A stretch of DNA of 33,068 nucleotides from Octopus sinensis (GCF_006345805.1 NW_021836046.1:1-33068), one strand, 5' to 3'. Numbered from the stretch's first letter, positions 13,327-25,938 are shown. Notes: generated from the sequence alone by a model not told the origin. Numbers and translations: made by a program.

Positions 13327-13575
13327 AGACAGATGTTTAAACGACGACTAAAGGTCTTCTATTCCCCCAAGCAGTTAGATGGCCGTTCTCTCCACTGAAT
13401 CCATCAGGTCTTTGACAAGTTTTAATTTTCATCCTCCAGGGTTATCCAACGGAAATCACACTCGTTAGCAAGTAGACTTGCCACTTCTCTTGCAAACAAC
13501 CCAACAATGCGAAAGCTTGTACAATAGCACTAAGAATCACCTGTCATAAGATGCGTACAGACATACCTTCACAAA

Positions 13576-13606
<31 letters not shown>

Positions 13607-13720
13607 CACACACACATACACACACGCACGCACAGTCATTGACAGCGAGTCAAACGAAGATCTTTCGTATTATTCGTGATCACATCAGACGTATCCCAAT
13701 AAATTCTTTTATGCCTATTA

Positions 13721-14041
13721 ACGATAAATGATAAACGTCGCCCTTTTCGGGCCTAGCCAGGCTCATGAGCCCGGTTTCCCGGTTTCTGTGACGTATGTGT
13801 ACCCCCACCCCGAGCTGGACGGGACGCCAGTCCATCGCAGCGTTTCTCAAGAAACAGGAAGAGAGAGTGAGAGAAAGTTGTGGCGAAAGAGTACAACAGA
13901 GATCGCCACCACCCCTCCCGGAGTCTCGTGGAGCTTTTAGGTGTTTTCTCTCAATAAATACACACAACGCCCGGTCTGGGAATCGAAACCGCGATTCTCC
14001 AACCGCGAGTCCGCTGCCCTAACCACTGGGCCAGTGCCTCC
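13721..14041 (-). mobile_element. SINE family B head with V-domain-like tail
   Basis: Minus strand gctgcgatggactggcgtcccgtccag. TSD tttatgc(c/t)tatta at 13708-13720 and 14042-14054. Confidence 0.9.
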
Positions 14042-14293
14042 TTTATGCTTATTACCAGACTGCAAGAACGTGATGTAATGAAAATGAAGATGATGTAAAA
14101 GTTGGAATAACGAGAAAACTGCATCATTAAGCTTAAATATAAAAGAAAATGTTAATCAAAGTACAAAATAGATGTAATGATAAAGATAAAAGTGGAATAA
14201 GGTGATGCGTGGATAGGAAGGTATTGAGAAATATAGACAAGCATTTCAGGCCAACAGGCAGATAGACTGGCTGTCCTACAGACGAGCAGATAC

Positions 14294-14419
<126 letters not shown>

Positions 14420-14633
14420 TAGTAAAAATAGAGAAAAAGAAGAACGCCAAGATAAAAGCTGCATTCAATAAATAAAAAGATAGAACGATAGACAGACGGG
14501 GATTATAAACTAACACACACACACATTCACAGAGACACACACATATATATATACACATATAATATATATATATATATATATATCTATATATATATATAGG
14601 GAAACTTTGTCACTAACTACGCCTAGCTGTTTC

Positions 14634-14676
<43 letters not shown>

Positions 14677-14892
14677 ATATGTCAGGCATATATGTGGTGT
14701 CTATATATATATACCCGTATATATACTTGTATAGATATATGCATGCATACGTATATGTATATAACACACGCATATGCATACACACACACACACACATGTT
14801 TTGATTGATGCCGAAGCTTCTGTGCTGCATTCAAAGACTTCAGCCTTTGAAAGCATTGCACCATCCTTTCTGTACCGAATCGAGAAGTTCAT

Positions 14893-15017
14893 TTGGTAAT
14901 TATTTTATCGATCACTGAACGATGAAAAGCAAAGTTTCCCTGGGTTGTATTTGGACAGAGTGTACAAAGGATCTTAAGTAAATACCCTAAGGTCTTGTTT
15001 GCGACGCTCTACTGATT
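14893..15017 (-). mobile_element. SINE family C, highly diverged fragment
   Basis: ttttatcgatcactgaacgatgaaaagcaaagt resembles tttatcgaccccgaaaggatgaaaggcaaagt. Confidence 0.6.
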
Positions 15018-15159
15018 TTTTTTATACACACGGCGACGAAAACACGTTTGCATACATAAAATATACACACTCACACACATGCTTGTGTATACTAACAATA
15101 ACACCAACACATACATACACACACACAATTGCCTTTTGCAAACATATATAAACAGCCGT

Positions 15160-15383
15160 TTACTCTTTACTTTCTTTTACTTGTTTCAGTCATTTGGACT
15201 GCGGCCATGCTGGAGCACCGCCTTTAGTCGAGCAAAGCGACTCTAGGACTTATTCTTTGTAAGCCTAGTATTTATTCTATCGGTCTCTTTTGCCGAACCG
15301 CTAATGTTACGGGGACGTAAACACAGCAGTATCGTTTGTCAAACGATGTTGGGGAGACAAACACAGACACACAAACACACACT

Positions 15384-15454
<71 letters not shown>

Positions 15455-15588
15455 CATATACATATATACGACGGGCTTCTTCAGTTTCCGTCTACCAAAT
15501 CCATTCACAAGGCTTTCGTCAGCCCGAGGCCATAGCAGAAACACTTGAAGACTGAACTCGGAACCATGTGCTACTACCACACAGCCAT
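15160..15588 (-). mobile_element. SINE family A copy
   Basis: Collinear with 4438-5130. Confidence 0.9.
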
Positions 15589-15778
15589 GTTATATATATA
15601 TATATATAATATATATATAACATAGGACTAAAGTAAAGCCATTTGAATATGGCTAGGGACAGGGCAGGGTGGTGGGGGTGTTACTGTTGCATTTAGCCCC
15701 AGGCGAACATCGACGTCGCCAGATAGGCTTGACACCATCACGGTGTCCTTAACCTGCAAAGGGAGATAATTCCCCGAT

Positions 15779-15852
15779 GAAGCGGAAACCACACACGGAC
15801 CATGGTTTCAAGGTGTATTGCCTATCATCAACGTGTGGTAGGCCCCCGCTTC
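15779..15852 (-). ncRNA. Type I hammerhead ribozyme motif (U3 variant)
   Basis: Minus strand: cacacg UUGAUGA u-agg-caauaca-ccu-u GAAA CCAUGG UC^ cgugug. Stem I is extended by gaagcgg/ccgcuuc. Confidence 0.75.
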
Positions 15853-16153
15853 CTCGACGAAATCTCACTCTGCAGGATATTCATATATAATTTTCAAGCA
15901 AAATACATTTGCTGATTTCGAAATCTGTTCGACAGCAATAATATTACTGGCTAAAAATGCAACAGTACACCCCACCACCCTGCCCTGTTCCTAGCCATAT
16001 CAAATGGCTTTAGTCCCTTATGTTATGGAGCAGTACTGTCTATATCTCATTTAGAGAATTATTATTGCTGTCGAACAGATTTTCGAAATCAGCAAATGTA
16101 TTTTGCTTGAAAATCTCTAATATGAATATCCTGCAGATTGAGATTTCGTCGAG

Positions 16154-16226
16154 GAAGCGGGAGCCTACCACACGTTGATGATAGGCAATACACCTTGAAA
16201 CCATGGTCCTGTGTGGTTTCCGCTTC
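16154..16226 (+). ncRNA. Type I hammerhead ribozyme motif (U3 variant)
   Basis: ccacacg (16168-74), TTGATGA (16175-81), stem II, GAAA (16197-200), CCATGG, TC^ (16208), ctgtgtgg. Confidence 0.72.
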
Positions 16227-16780
16227 ATCGGGGAATTATCTCCCTTTGCAGGTTAAAGGACACCTTGATGGTGTCAAGCCTATCTGGCGACGTCGATGTT
16301 CGCCTGGGGCTAAATGCAACAGTAACACCACCCTGCCCTGTCCCTCGCCATATTCAAATGGCTTTAGTCCCTTATGTTATGGAGCAGTTACTGTCTATAT
16401 CTCATTTAGAGAATTATTATTGCTATATATATATATATATATATATACATGCACACACACGTACGTACACACACTCATACATACATACATACATGCATAC
16501 ATACATACAAACATACATATTAATTAGTTTTGAAAATATCTTAATATGAAACCCGATGATTTTGTACTTTTCAAAGGGTTATTACACTTATAAATAACAC
16601 ACGCAATTGTTTTTGTTTATTTCGGTTTAATTGCTAACTAGATTAATCAATTAAGTATTGACAAGCTAATCAATACGTAATTAATTGATTAACATATTAG
16701 TTTTGCTAGAAAATCATGTAAACGTCAGCAAGTTCTTCGTTTTAATTGCAAACTAATTTTCCCAATATAAACTACACACA

Positions 16781-16820
<40 letters not shown>

Positions 16821-16857
16821 TACATATATACATATATATATATATATATGTATAATA

Positions 16858-17165
16858 GGCGCAATGGCCCAGTGGTTAGGGTCGCGGACTCGCGGTTGTA
16901 GGATCGCGGTTTCAATTCCTAGACCGGGCGTTATGGGTGTTTATTGAACGAAAACGCCTAAAGCTCCAAGAGGCTCCGCCAGGGGCTGGTTGCGATCCCT
17001 GGTGTACTCTTTCGCCACAATTTTCTCTCACACTTTCTTCTGTTGGTCCGTTTGCTTAGCCAGCGGGGTGGCGTCATTTGAAGGCTAAAACAATGCGAAG
17101 CGCATTGTGACCAGCGATGTGTAGCAACATCTGATGGCCTGGTCGGACACGGTGATCACGGTGAT
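16858..17165 (+). mobile_element. SINE family B head with tail Z ending in (cacggtgat)2
   Basis: Head near-identical to 2059-2220. Tail unrelated to X or Y. Confidence 0.88.
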
Positions 17166-17214
17166 ATATATATATGAGAGAGAGAGAATGTGCGTGTATG
17201 TGTGTTTGAATAAT

Positions 17215-17282
17215 TGGTCGACTAAAGACGGTGCTCCAGCATGTCTGCAGTCAAATGTTTGAAACAAGTAAAAGAATAAACG
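17215..17282 (+). mobile_element. SINE family A 3' end
   Basis: cgactaaagacggtgctccagcatg...gaaacaagtaaaag. Confidence 0.75.
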
Positions 17283-18271
17283 AATACAAGAATATATATT
17301 AACCGAAGTACACAGTATCATATATCGATTACGGACAATCTTACAAATCAGTTTCGAACTAGAGGTTCAACAGATTGTTAGGTTACACACACACACACAC
17401 ACACACAAACACATATAGTGAGATGAATAATCTTACCTGTATATTCGAATGTTCTTTTATATACAACTTTTGACTGTGGATGAATGATTTCTTCTAAAAG
17501 AAATTATATGTCGTTTGAAATCTCGAGTCGAAAGTCTTCAGAGGCAATCCAAAGCGTTTTCACATCTGTCTTGTGTATATTCCGTTACTCGTACTTAAAT
17601 TCATATATCAGAGTGAAAAAGATGCCTTATTTAAGCAAATATAAACCTTATAGGGAAGTCTTTTGGGTGATTATATAACTTTTGATAAGCTGTGTACTTG
17701 GATTTTGAATGAAGAAGAAATCACAATAAGGATTTCACTTACCAGATATGTCAGTGTTTGAACAATATGGAGACTATGGCATCATTCGATAACTGGAAAC
17801 CAGCTGAGTTATTACCATTATCTCAAAACGCTTTGTCATATCTATTTCCTTTTTAATTAGCTTTTTCCAAGGAGAGAAAAACGGTTTCTATGATTCGAGG
17901 CCTTTCAGTCCGATCTTTACCAATTTTCTGTATCATATTCCATATAAGATTCATTTCTCATCAAACCTTCAGTTACTCTACCCCCAGGTCTTCCTCATGC
18001 TGTCATAACACAAAGGAAACTCTTAAATAATTGAAGCAATTTCTCGGGACAGCAACACTTCATCATAACTATTCAGAGGCTTCCTCGCTTGACAAGATCA
18101 AGTGATTATCTCATTGATGTAAATTGTTACCATACAAATTGCAGTTTTGTTCGTCGTGTTTCCCCATCGTTTGCCGGAGAGAGAATATCAATGTTTACAC
18201 TTTTACGCATGTTTGCTAATGTGGACGCGTGTATTCCTTTTTGTACGAGTATGCATGTATGTGAGTGAGTG

Positions 18272-18411
18272 GATGTGCGGGTGAACGTGTGTGTGTGTGT
18301 GTGCGGGTGAACGTGTGTGTGTGCGGTGAACGTGTGTGTGCGTGTGTGTGCGGGTGAACGTGTGTGTGTGTGTGTGTGTGTGTGCGGGTGAACGTGTGTG
18401 TGTGTGTGTGT
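18272..18411. repeat. Minisatellite of (GT)n-gcgggtgaac units
   Basis: Five cg(g)gtgaac units separated by GT runs. Confidence 0.9.
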
Positions 18412-18599
18412 ACATATGCATCTAGATGTGTCTGTATACGAACATATCGATTAAAACCATACGAAACAAACAATTTCATCCGCAAATGTCAGTTGTAAAA
18501 TTAACACACAAATATGGTGTAATGATTCTCAGAAGTGGGGGGGGGGGGAATCAGTAAAAGCCATGGGATCAAGATGGAAAGTGGTGGAACTATAAAGGA

Positions 18600-19960
18600 A
18601 TTCGGAGAGGAAGGATATATGCACCAGGGTATCATTGAAAGAGATAAGATGAACTAACACAAGATGAAAAAAATGCGCCGGAAAGGGTGTTTGAGGAGAA
18701 CTCGGTTTGTGCTCCAAAGCTAAATGGTCGCTATAAGATTAGACCAATTATCATGTGGGCGGTGGCTTTGATGAAATATGGGGCAGGAATAGTATCTTGG
18801 AAGAAGGATGAGTTGCAAGAGATAGACCGGAGAACACGTAAATTAATGACAAGGAACAAGGAACTACACCCCAAGAGTGATGTGTCATAGTTGTATGTAA
18901 AGAGGAAGGTCGGGCGGGGATTGCTGTGTTGTGAAGTTTGTTTAACCCTTTTGTTACTGCATTTATTTTGAGATGCTCTGAGTTTCTTTCAATTATTTTA
19001 AATATTACAAAGAATTTAGTAAAATAACTTAGTTATCATTAAGTTAGTGTTAGGAACATTAATTGTGACTAAGGTTTGGTGGAAGATTTTATTCAAAACT
19101 TATGAAAACAAGACATTTGTACTGAAAGCCAGAGCCGGTTTCAGCCGGGTTGGTATCAAAAGGGTTGGGAAGAGAAGAATAGCGTGGCTTGGTATGTCAA
19201 GGGGAGTAAAGAAGAAATGACTGAAGCAGGGAAAATGCAGGGAACCTTAAAAGTCTACGAAGCTGTAGATCCAAAGCAATTCAAGAAAGACCAGAGTTAG
19301 CAGATGAAGAAAATTTGGCAGGACAAGAAAATGCACAGTCAGTTCTTGAAGAATAAAGATGAAATTGATTGGAATAGAACCCGGCAATGGCTGAAAAAAG
19401 GAGACTTAAAAGGGCCCGTTGAGGCATTAGTGTGCAGCGCTCAATAACAAGCTCTCAGAACAAACTACTCAAAATATATCACATTGATAAAAGCACTGAC
19501 TCGCCACTGTGTGGGATGTGCTCTGAGAAGGGAGAAGGTATAAGCTATATTGTTAGTGAGCGCTGTAAGCTCGCACTACGTGAATACAAAAGGAGACGCG
19601 AAAATGTGACCAGATATGTCCACTGGCTCTTGTACGGTAAAGCAAATCTCGAGAGAGCTGAACAATGGTATGAACACAAACCAGAGGTAGTAATGGAAAA
19701 TGAACATTAGAAAATACTCTGGGATTTTAACATGACATGCGACTAAGTCATAGAGGTGAGACGACCAGATATCGTGCTGATCCATAAAGATGAAAAAGGA
19801 GTAATGATAATAGATGTTGCAACACCAGGCGATTCGAGGCTGAAATGTAAAGAAACAGAAAAGATTGAGAAATACCAACCACTGCGGGACAAGATAGGAA
19901 AGTTATGGGGCATATGGAAAGTAATGGTGATACCGGTGGTAAATTGAGCTTGGGTATTAT
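18600..19960 (+). pseudogene. R4/Dong-clade non-LTR retrotransposon fragment (RT thumb, CCHC knuckle, restriction-like endonuclease)
   Basis: KLNGRYKI..WAVALMKYGAGIVSWKKDELQEIDRRTRKLMT..LHPKSDV, then PLCGMC, ILWDF and RRPDIVLIHKDEKGVMIIDVATPGD..EKIEKY. Stops and frameshifts present. Confidence 0.88.
18946..19164. mobile_element. piggyBac-like MITE nested in the LINE
   Basis: TTAA|cccttttgttac ... gtatcaaaaggg|tt. Right TSD imperfect (ttgg). Confidence 0.75.
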
Positions 19961-19979
19961 GAACGAGCAGCTAGAAGAA

Positions 19980-20757
19980 AACCTCTCCTTCAACCAATTA
20001 ATATCATGAAAAGAAAGAAATGGGCTGAGGAGATGTCAGAAAAATCCAGTTCATTTTGGGATAGAGTGATTTTCTCAGATGAATCCAGATATGCTTTATT
20101 TTCAGACAGTGGACGTGTTTGGGTCTAGAAGCTTCCCAATCAAGAATTTGATTTGAAACGACTCCAACTAACTGTGAAACATGTCGGTATCTCTGTAATG
20201 GTACGGGGAGCTGTCACCAGCAATGATCGTTCTGAGCTGATCGAATGTGTTGGAGCCATAAACTCTGAAAAATACATCGAAATACTTAAGCAAGGACTAC
20301 TTCCGATGTATTCACACAATAACATAACGAAAAATGAGTTTTATTCATGGAAGATGGGGCTCCATGCCACAAAGCGAAAAGGAATCAACAATGGCTGACT
20401 GAAAATGGGATGAAAACGCTTCCTTGGCCCAGCCGATCTCCTGACATGAACCCAATTGAAATCTTTGGAGCATACTAGATAGAGCTATACGATAAACTCG
20501 ACAGAAACCTAAATCTAAAGATGAATTGTTTCGATTGTTGCGTGAAAAGTGGGCAGAAATTCCACAAGAGACAATCACAAAGCTCATCAGTTCAATGCCA
20601 AAAAGAGACACTGAATAAAAAAACTGCAAAGGGAATGTCAACTAAATACTAAAGAATGTAGTCCTCCCTCTCGATTACATGTCAATTATTCGCTTTGCGT
20701 ATTAAATAAAAGATTTTGAAAATGAAAGGTGTCTATTTACTTCCTGCATGTTTGTGT
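19980..20757 (+). pseudogene. Tc1 (DD34E) transposase, catalytic half, and 3' end
   Basis: [39 protein letters not shown] and LISSMPKR motifs with stops and frameshifts. Confidence 0.9.
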
Positions 20758-20989
20758 ATAACATAAAACAATAATATGCATGAAAATATATAATATGTAA
20801 TGGACAATTACGACGACGACGACGACGAAGCTGACAACTGCAACAAGATTATCAAGAACGACAACAAGGAAGAATTAAAACCTGGATTAGGAATTATCTA
20901 GGAATATGTTGTCGAAGCAAGAACTCATTTCCTAATGGAATAATCAAAAAACCAATTTCCTGCACTATAACGACTCAGCTAGTGAATAC

Positions 20990-21285
20990 ATAAATAAGAT
21001 AAATAAAATAAATAAATAAATAAAATAAATAGATAAAATGAATAAATTATAAAATAATATAAATAAAACAAATAAATTATAAAATAAATAAATAAATAAA
21101 ACGAATAAATTATAAAATAAATAAATAAAATGAATAAATTATAAAATAATATAAATAAAACAAATAAATTATAAAATAAATAAATAAATAAAACGAATAA
21201 ATTATAAAATAAATAAATAAAATGAATAAATTATAAAATAGATAAATAAAATGAATAAATTATAAAATGAATAAATAAATGAAAA
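20990..21285. repeat. AT-rich minisatellite (aataaattataaaataaataaataaaatg-like units)
   Basis: Direct reading. Confidence 0.9.
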
Positions 21286-21473
21286 GAAACAAAATAGGCA
21301 TAAAATTTGTTTTTTGATAGAAAAATTAAAAATTTAAGAATATTTTTTTTTTATTTTAAGAGAAAAATGAATAGAGATAAAAACGATCATAAAGATTTTT
21401 TTACAATTTTTAACCTAATTCCCATGTGTTACTTGTTTCTGGTCACATCCGATTGCAGGAAAACACAAGGAAA

Positions 21474-21726
21474 ACTACAACAACAACAACAACAACTACT
21501 GCTGCTGCTGCTACTACTACTACTACTACTAATAATAATAATAATAATAATAATAATAGTAATAATGATAATGATGATGATGATGATGATGCTGATGATG
21601 ATAATAATAATAATAATAATAATACTAATATAATAATAATAATAATGATGATAATAATAATACTAATAATAATAATATTAATAATAATGATAATGATGAT
21701 GATGATGATGATGCTGATGATGATAA

Positions 21727-21801
<75 letters not shown>

Positions 21802-22525
21802 TAATAATAATAATAATAATGATAATAATGATGATAATAATAATAATAATAATGATAATAATGATAATATTGCTCCTGCTAATGGTGCTGTTGCTGTAGC
21901 TTATGCTGTTGCTGCTGCTGCTGCTACTACTACTACTGCGAGAAAATCAAGAAGAAGAAGAAGAAGAAGAAGAAGAATGACTGATCTGAAATTTTGGGGC
22001 ATGTGATGGTGATGATGATGGTGAAGGTTGTAGTGATCTTGGTCGTGGTGAGCATGGTGGTGGTGGTGTGGTTGCGGTGGTGCGTGCCGGGAGAAAAAAA
22101 ATGGATAACATAATCATCATCATCATCATCATTGTCATAGAAGTGGAGATGTAGAGCGAAAGAAAATGGAAAGTAGCGGAAATTGAGGCGGAGAAGCTGC
22201 AACGAGATCACGTCTGTGGTTACGTGGTCTATTTTCCGTGGTCATGTTCTTTGGTCGTGGTGTAATACGCCGGCAGAGAGAGCGAGAGGGGGGAGAGAGA
22301 GGAAGAGAGAAACAGAACTGGAACGAAGGAAAAAAATGCAGGAGAGTGAACAAAAAAATGACAAAAATAATAACGAACAAAAGATGCTGCTGCTGCTGCT
22401 GATGATGATGATGATGATAATGATGGTCGTGGTTGTGGTAGTGGCGGCGATGGTGATGGTAGTGGACATTTTTCTTCTTCTCCTTCTTTATCTTCTTCTC
22501 CTTCTTCTTCTTCATCTTCTTCTTC

Positions 22526-22567
<42 letters not shown>

Positions 22568-22810
22568 AGAAGAAGAAGAAGAAGAAGAAGAAGAAGAAGA
22601 AAAGAAGAAGAGGGAGAAAAGAAAAAGAAGAAGAAGAAGAAGAAGAAGAAGAAGAAGAAGATGATGATGACGATGAGTAGGATTAACAATATTATTAAGA
22701 ACAGCAACTGTAATATATGGGTAACAAAAGCAATAACGATAACAAGAATAAAAACGAAATCTACAACACCATCAACAACAACAACAACAACAACAGCGAT
22801 AACAATAACA
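21474..22810. repeat. Compound trinucleotide tracts (AAT, GAT, CAA, GAA, CTT)
   Basis: Direct reading. Confidence 0.9.
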
Positions 22811-22939
22811 ATTAAAATAAGGAATACAAAAGTAAGATGTAAGGAGATGAAGAGAAGGAAAGAATGACAGGTAGAGGAGAGTAAGTTAGAGAGTCGCGGA
22901 ATTTATATGTGAGAAATGGAGGAGAGAGGTTTACCAAGA

Positions 22940-23163
22940 AAAAAATATAGAAGGAAAAAGGAAAAATATAGAAGGAAAAATATAGAAGGAAAAAGGAAAA
23001 ATATAGAAGGAAAAATATAGAAGGAAAAAGGAAAAATATAGAAGGAAAAATATAGAAGGAAAAATATAGAAGAAAAAGAAATATAGAAGGAAAAAGGAAA
23101 AATATAGAAGGAAAAAGGAAAAATATAGAAGGAAAAAGGAAAAATATAGAAGGAAAAAGGAAA
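22940..23163. repeat. Purine-rich minisatellite, 14/21-bp units aaaatatagaagga(aaaagga)
   Basis: Direct reading. Confidence 0.92.
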
Positions 23164-23729
23164 CGAAACACAATGGCGATAATAGAGACGAAAGAAAAGA
23201 AAGTAAAAATAAACAAACAAACAAAAAGAATATTGCAAAAAGAAGAGATATATAAAGAAAGAACGGAAGGTTAGGGAAAAGAAGAAAATTTCAGGACAAA
23301 ACTAAGAAAAAATTGGAAAAGCATTTATGGCTAAAATAAATATTTGATATTTGGATATTTCTCAGTTATATTGACATATATGCTATTCGCTGGTTGTATC
23401 AGAGGACTTGAGAGAATATTTTTATGTCTTATATTAAAAGTGAAACTGTCAGTCATTTTACATGCATCGATTTATTTGGGGTCTTGGTTGTCTTTGGGGG
23501 CTCTATGTACGCGCATATGACAGAAGGGATTTGTTGGTTTTTTTACTATTTGTAGGTTTTTTTTACTATTTCTATGATATTGAATTTTTTTATTGCGGAG
23601 ATGTACTTGCATAGCAGGTGACCTGATCTGAGATCGTGTGCTGGAACGAAAACAATTGCAGCGTGGAAGGTGTTTATAAGCCATTTAAGAAAGACACGAA
23701 ATCAGTTAGATTCACTTCAACATTTAAAT

Positions 23730-24219
23730 TTAATGGTCATTCGGAATGCTCACAGCAGCCATATTCCTACCGCTCTATGTCACGCTGGTGAGACCCATAT
23801 TGGAGTACGGGATTCAAGCCTCTTCTCCTTATCTCCTCCAAAGACATACATTATCTCGAAGAGTCCAGAAGCTGGCTACCTGCATGGTTCTTGGTCTCAA
23901 GCATTTGTCTTATGAAGAAAGGCTGAGGACGCTCGACCTTTATTCTCTTGAAAAACGCCGCCGCCGTGGTGATCTCATTCTCGCCCACAACATCATAAGC
24001 GGAAAGTGTAACCTCTCGAAAGAGCTGTTCTTCACTCCTGCTCCAGAGCGTCGGCTGCGGAGTCACTCCGAAAAGCTCTATCTGCGACGATTTCATCTCA
24101 ATCGAAGGAGAGGGGCTTTGTCTGTCCGGGTTGCATGAACACCCTCCCTGTACATAACTCCATGTCCCCCTACATGGCCTTGCTTTTTGCTTTTTGAGCC
24201 AAAAAATTAACTTAACTTA
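23730..24219 (+). pseudogene. CR1-clade LINE 3' fragment
   Basis: LYVTLVRPILEYG..SPY..VQKLAT..LSYEERLRTLDLYSLEKRRRRGDLI..RSHSEKL, with a ttaacttaactta tail. Confidence 0.9.
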
Positions 24220-24948
24220 TTAAAATCCATTTCTAACAAGTACATTATAGGCACAAAAACTAAGAATTCATACAAAAAGGCTTTGTTCGGTCTAATCTAT
24301 TTTTCTTTCTGTGTGTGATAGCGTATTTTAGGCACGACCTTTGTAGAAATTTGATGATTATATTTCAGCTATGCAGCAGCAACGTGAACAATGGAGAAAA
24401 TTCGCTGCATTAATACCTATTCAGGGCCTATTTTATGTATTAGCTGATCAATTCAATCAATGGTCGATAATGGCGGATCAATTGAAAGAGCAACCATAAC
24501 TAGCCTGTAGTAACAAGGTCAATACGAAGACAAACGAACGAAAAAAAATAGAAGAAAGAATGAAAGCTAATGGTTTTCATTGAAAATAGTAACCGGTCTT
24601 CCTTTAACTCATTTACGCAATATTACAGTATTCTTTTAAACATGGCATTACGTCAACATATGAATACTCACAGACACGCACAACCCTTCGTAATAAAAAT
24701 GAAACCAAAATTGGAACAGAGAAACCAATAAGCACAACAATACAATCTATAAAGATCACGCAGTCATCATCTTCAACGTGATGTTGGCGTAGGGCAGGAG
24801 GTGCACTGGCTCTACATTATTTCATTTTGGACTCGGTTATATAAACTGAGTTCAAATACTACTGGGGTTGATTTTATCTATAATCGAAAAAAAATATATA
24901 TTTAACAAATAATCAGGCATTGCATCGACTATATTTTCCATAATAACA

Positions 24949-25180
24949 GGCGGCGAGCTGGCAGACACGTTAGCGCGCCGGGCGAAATGCGTAGCAGTAT
25001 TTCGTCTGCCGTTACATTCTGAGTTCAAATTCCGCCGAGGTCGACTTTGCCTTTCATCCTTTCGGGATCGATAAATTTCGTACCAGTTTCCCACTGGGGT
25101 CGATGTAATCGATTTAATCCATTTGCCTGTCCTTGTTTGTCCCCTCTGTGCTTAGCCCCTTGTGGGTAATAAAGAAACAT
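24949..25180 (+). mobile_element. SINE family C full copy
   Basis: 18-bp TSD atat(t/c)ttccataataaca at 24931-24948 and 25181-25198. Confidence 0.93.
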
Positions 25181-25445
25181 ATATCTTCCATAATAACATC
25201 AAAGGTACATTTCCTTGGTTGCTCTTTTACATGTTTCAGTCATTTGACTGTGGCCATGCTGGAGCACCGCCTTTAGTCGAACAAATTGACCCCAGGACAT
25301 ATTCTTTGTAAGCCTAGTAATTATTCTATCGGACCCTTTTTGCCGAACCGCTAAGTAACGGGGACGTAAGCACACCAGCATCAGTTGCCAAGCGAAGTTA
25401 GGGGACAAACACAGACACAAACATACACTACACACACACATAAAT

Positions 25446-25670
25446 CGAGCTGGCAGACACGTTAGCGCGCCCGGCGAAATGCTTAGCGGTATTTCGTCTG
25501 CCGTTACGTTCTGAGTTCAAATTCCGCCGAGGTCGAGTTTGCTTTTCATCCTTTCGGGGTCGATAGATAAAGTACCAGTTTCGCACTGGGGTCGATGTAA
25601 TCGACTTAATACCTTTGTCTGTCCTTGTTTGTCCCCTCTATGTTTAGCCCTTGTGGGCAATAAAGAAATA
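25446..25670 (+). mobile_element. SINE family C copy
   Basis: Matches 24949-25180. Confidence 0.92.
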
Positions 25671-25727
25671 TATATTATATATATGTATTTATATATATAA
25701 TATATATATATATTGTATATATATATT

Positions 25728-25757
<30 letters not shown>

Positions 25758-25762
<5 letters not shown>

Positions 25763-25938
25763 TATTTATTTTATAGAAGGAGCTTCTACAGGACTAGAAC
25801 TGTTTCATTCAAAAGAAATCATCAGGAATGAACAGTTCTAGTCCTGTAGAAGCTCCTGCTATAAATAAATTAATTTACTCTGCTATGTATTGAGTACCTT
25901 ATTTACTGTGGTTAACCCCGACTCAACCCGGGACCTAC

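Larger units (their letters stand above)
15617..16424. mobile_element. Retrozyme-like element: ~359-nt unit, ~1.3 copies on + (15949-16424) and ~0.9 copy inverted (15617-15942), in (TA)n
   Basis: Direct repeat 15949-16069 / 16308-16424. Inverted repeat 15617-15942 / ~16060-16380. One HHR motif per unit. Confidence 0.8.

Noticed and set aside
16040-16549. ORFs over the retrozyme-like unit
   Set aside because: No recognisable protein, and indels between copies do not preserve frame.
22940-23163. CRISPR-like array
   Set aside because: No unique spacers. It is a simple minisatellite in eukaryotic DNA.
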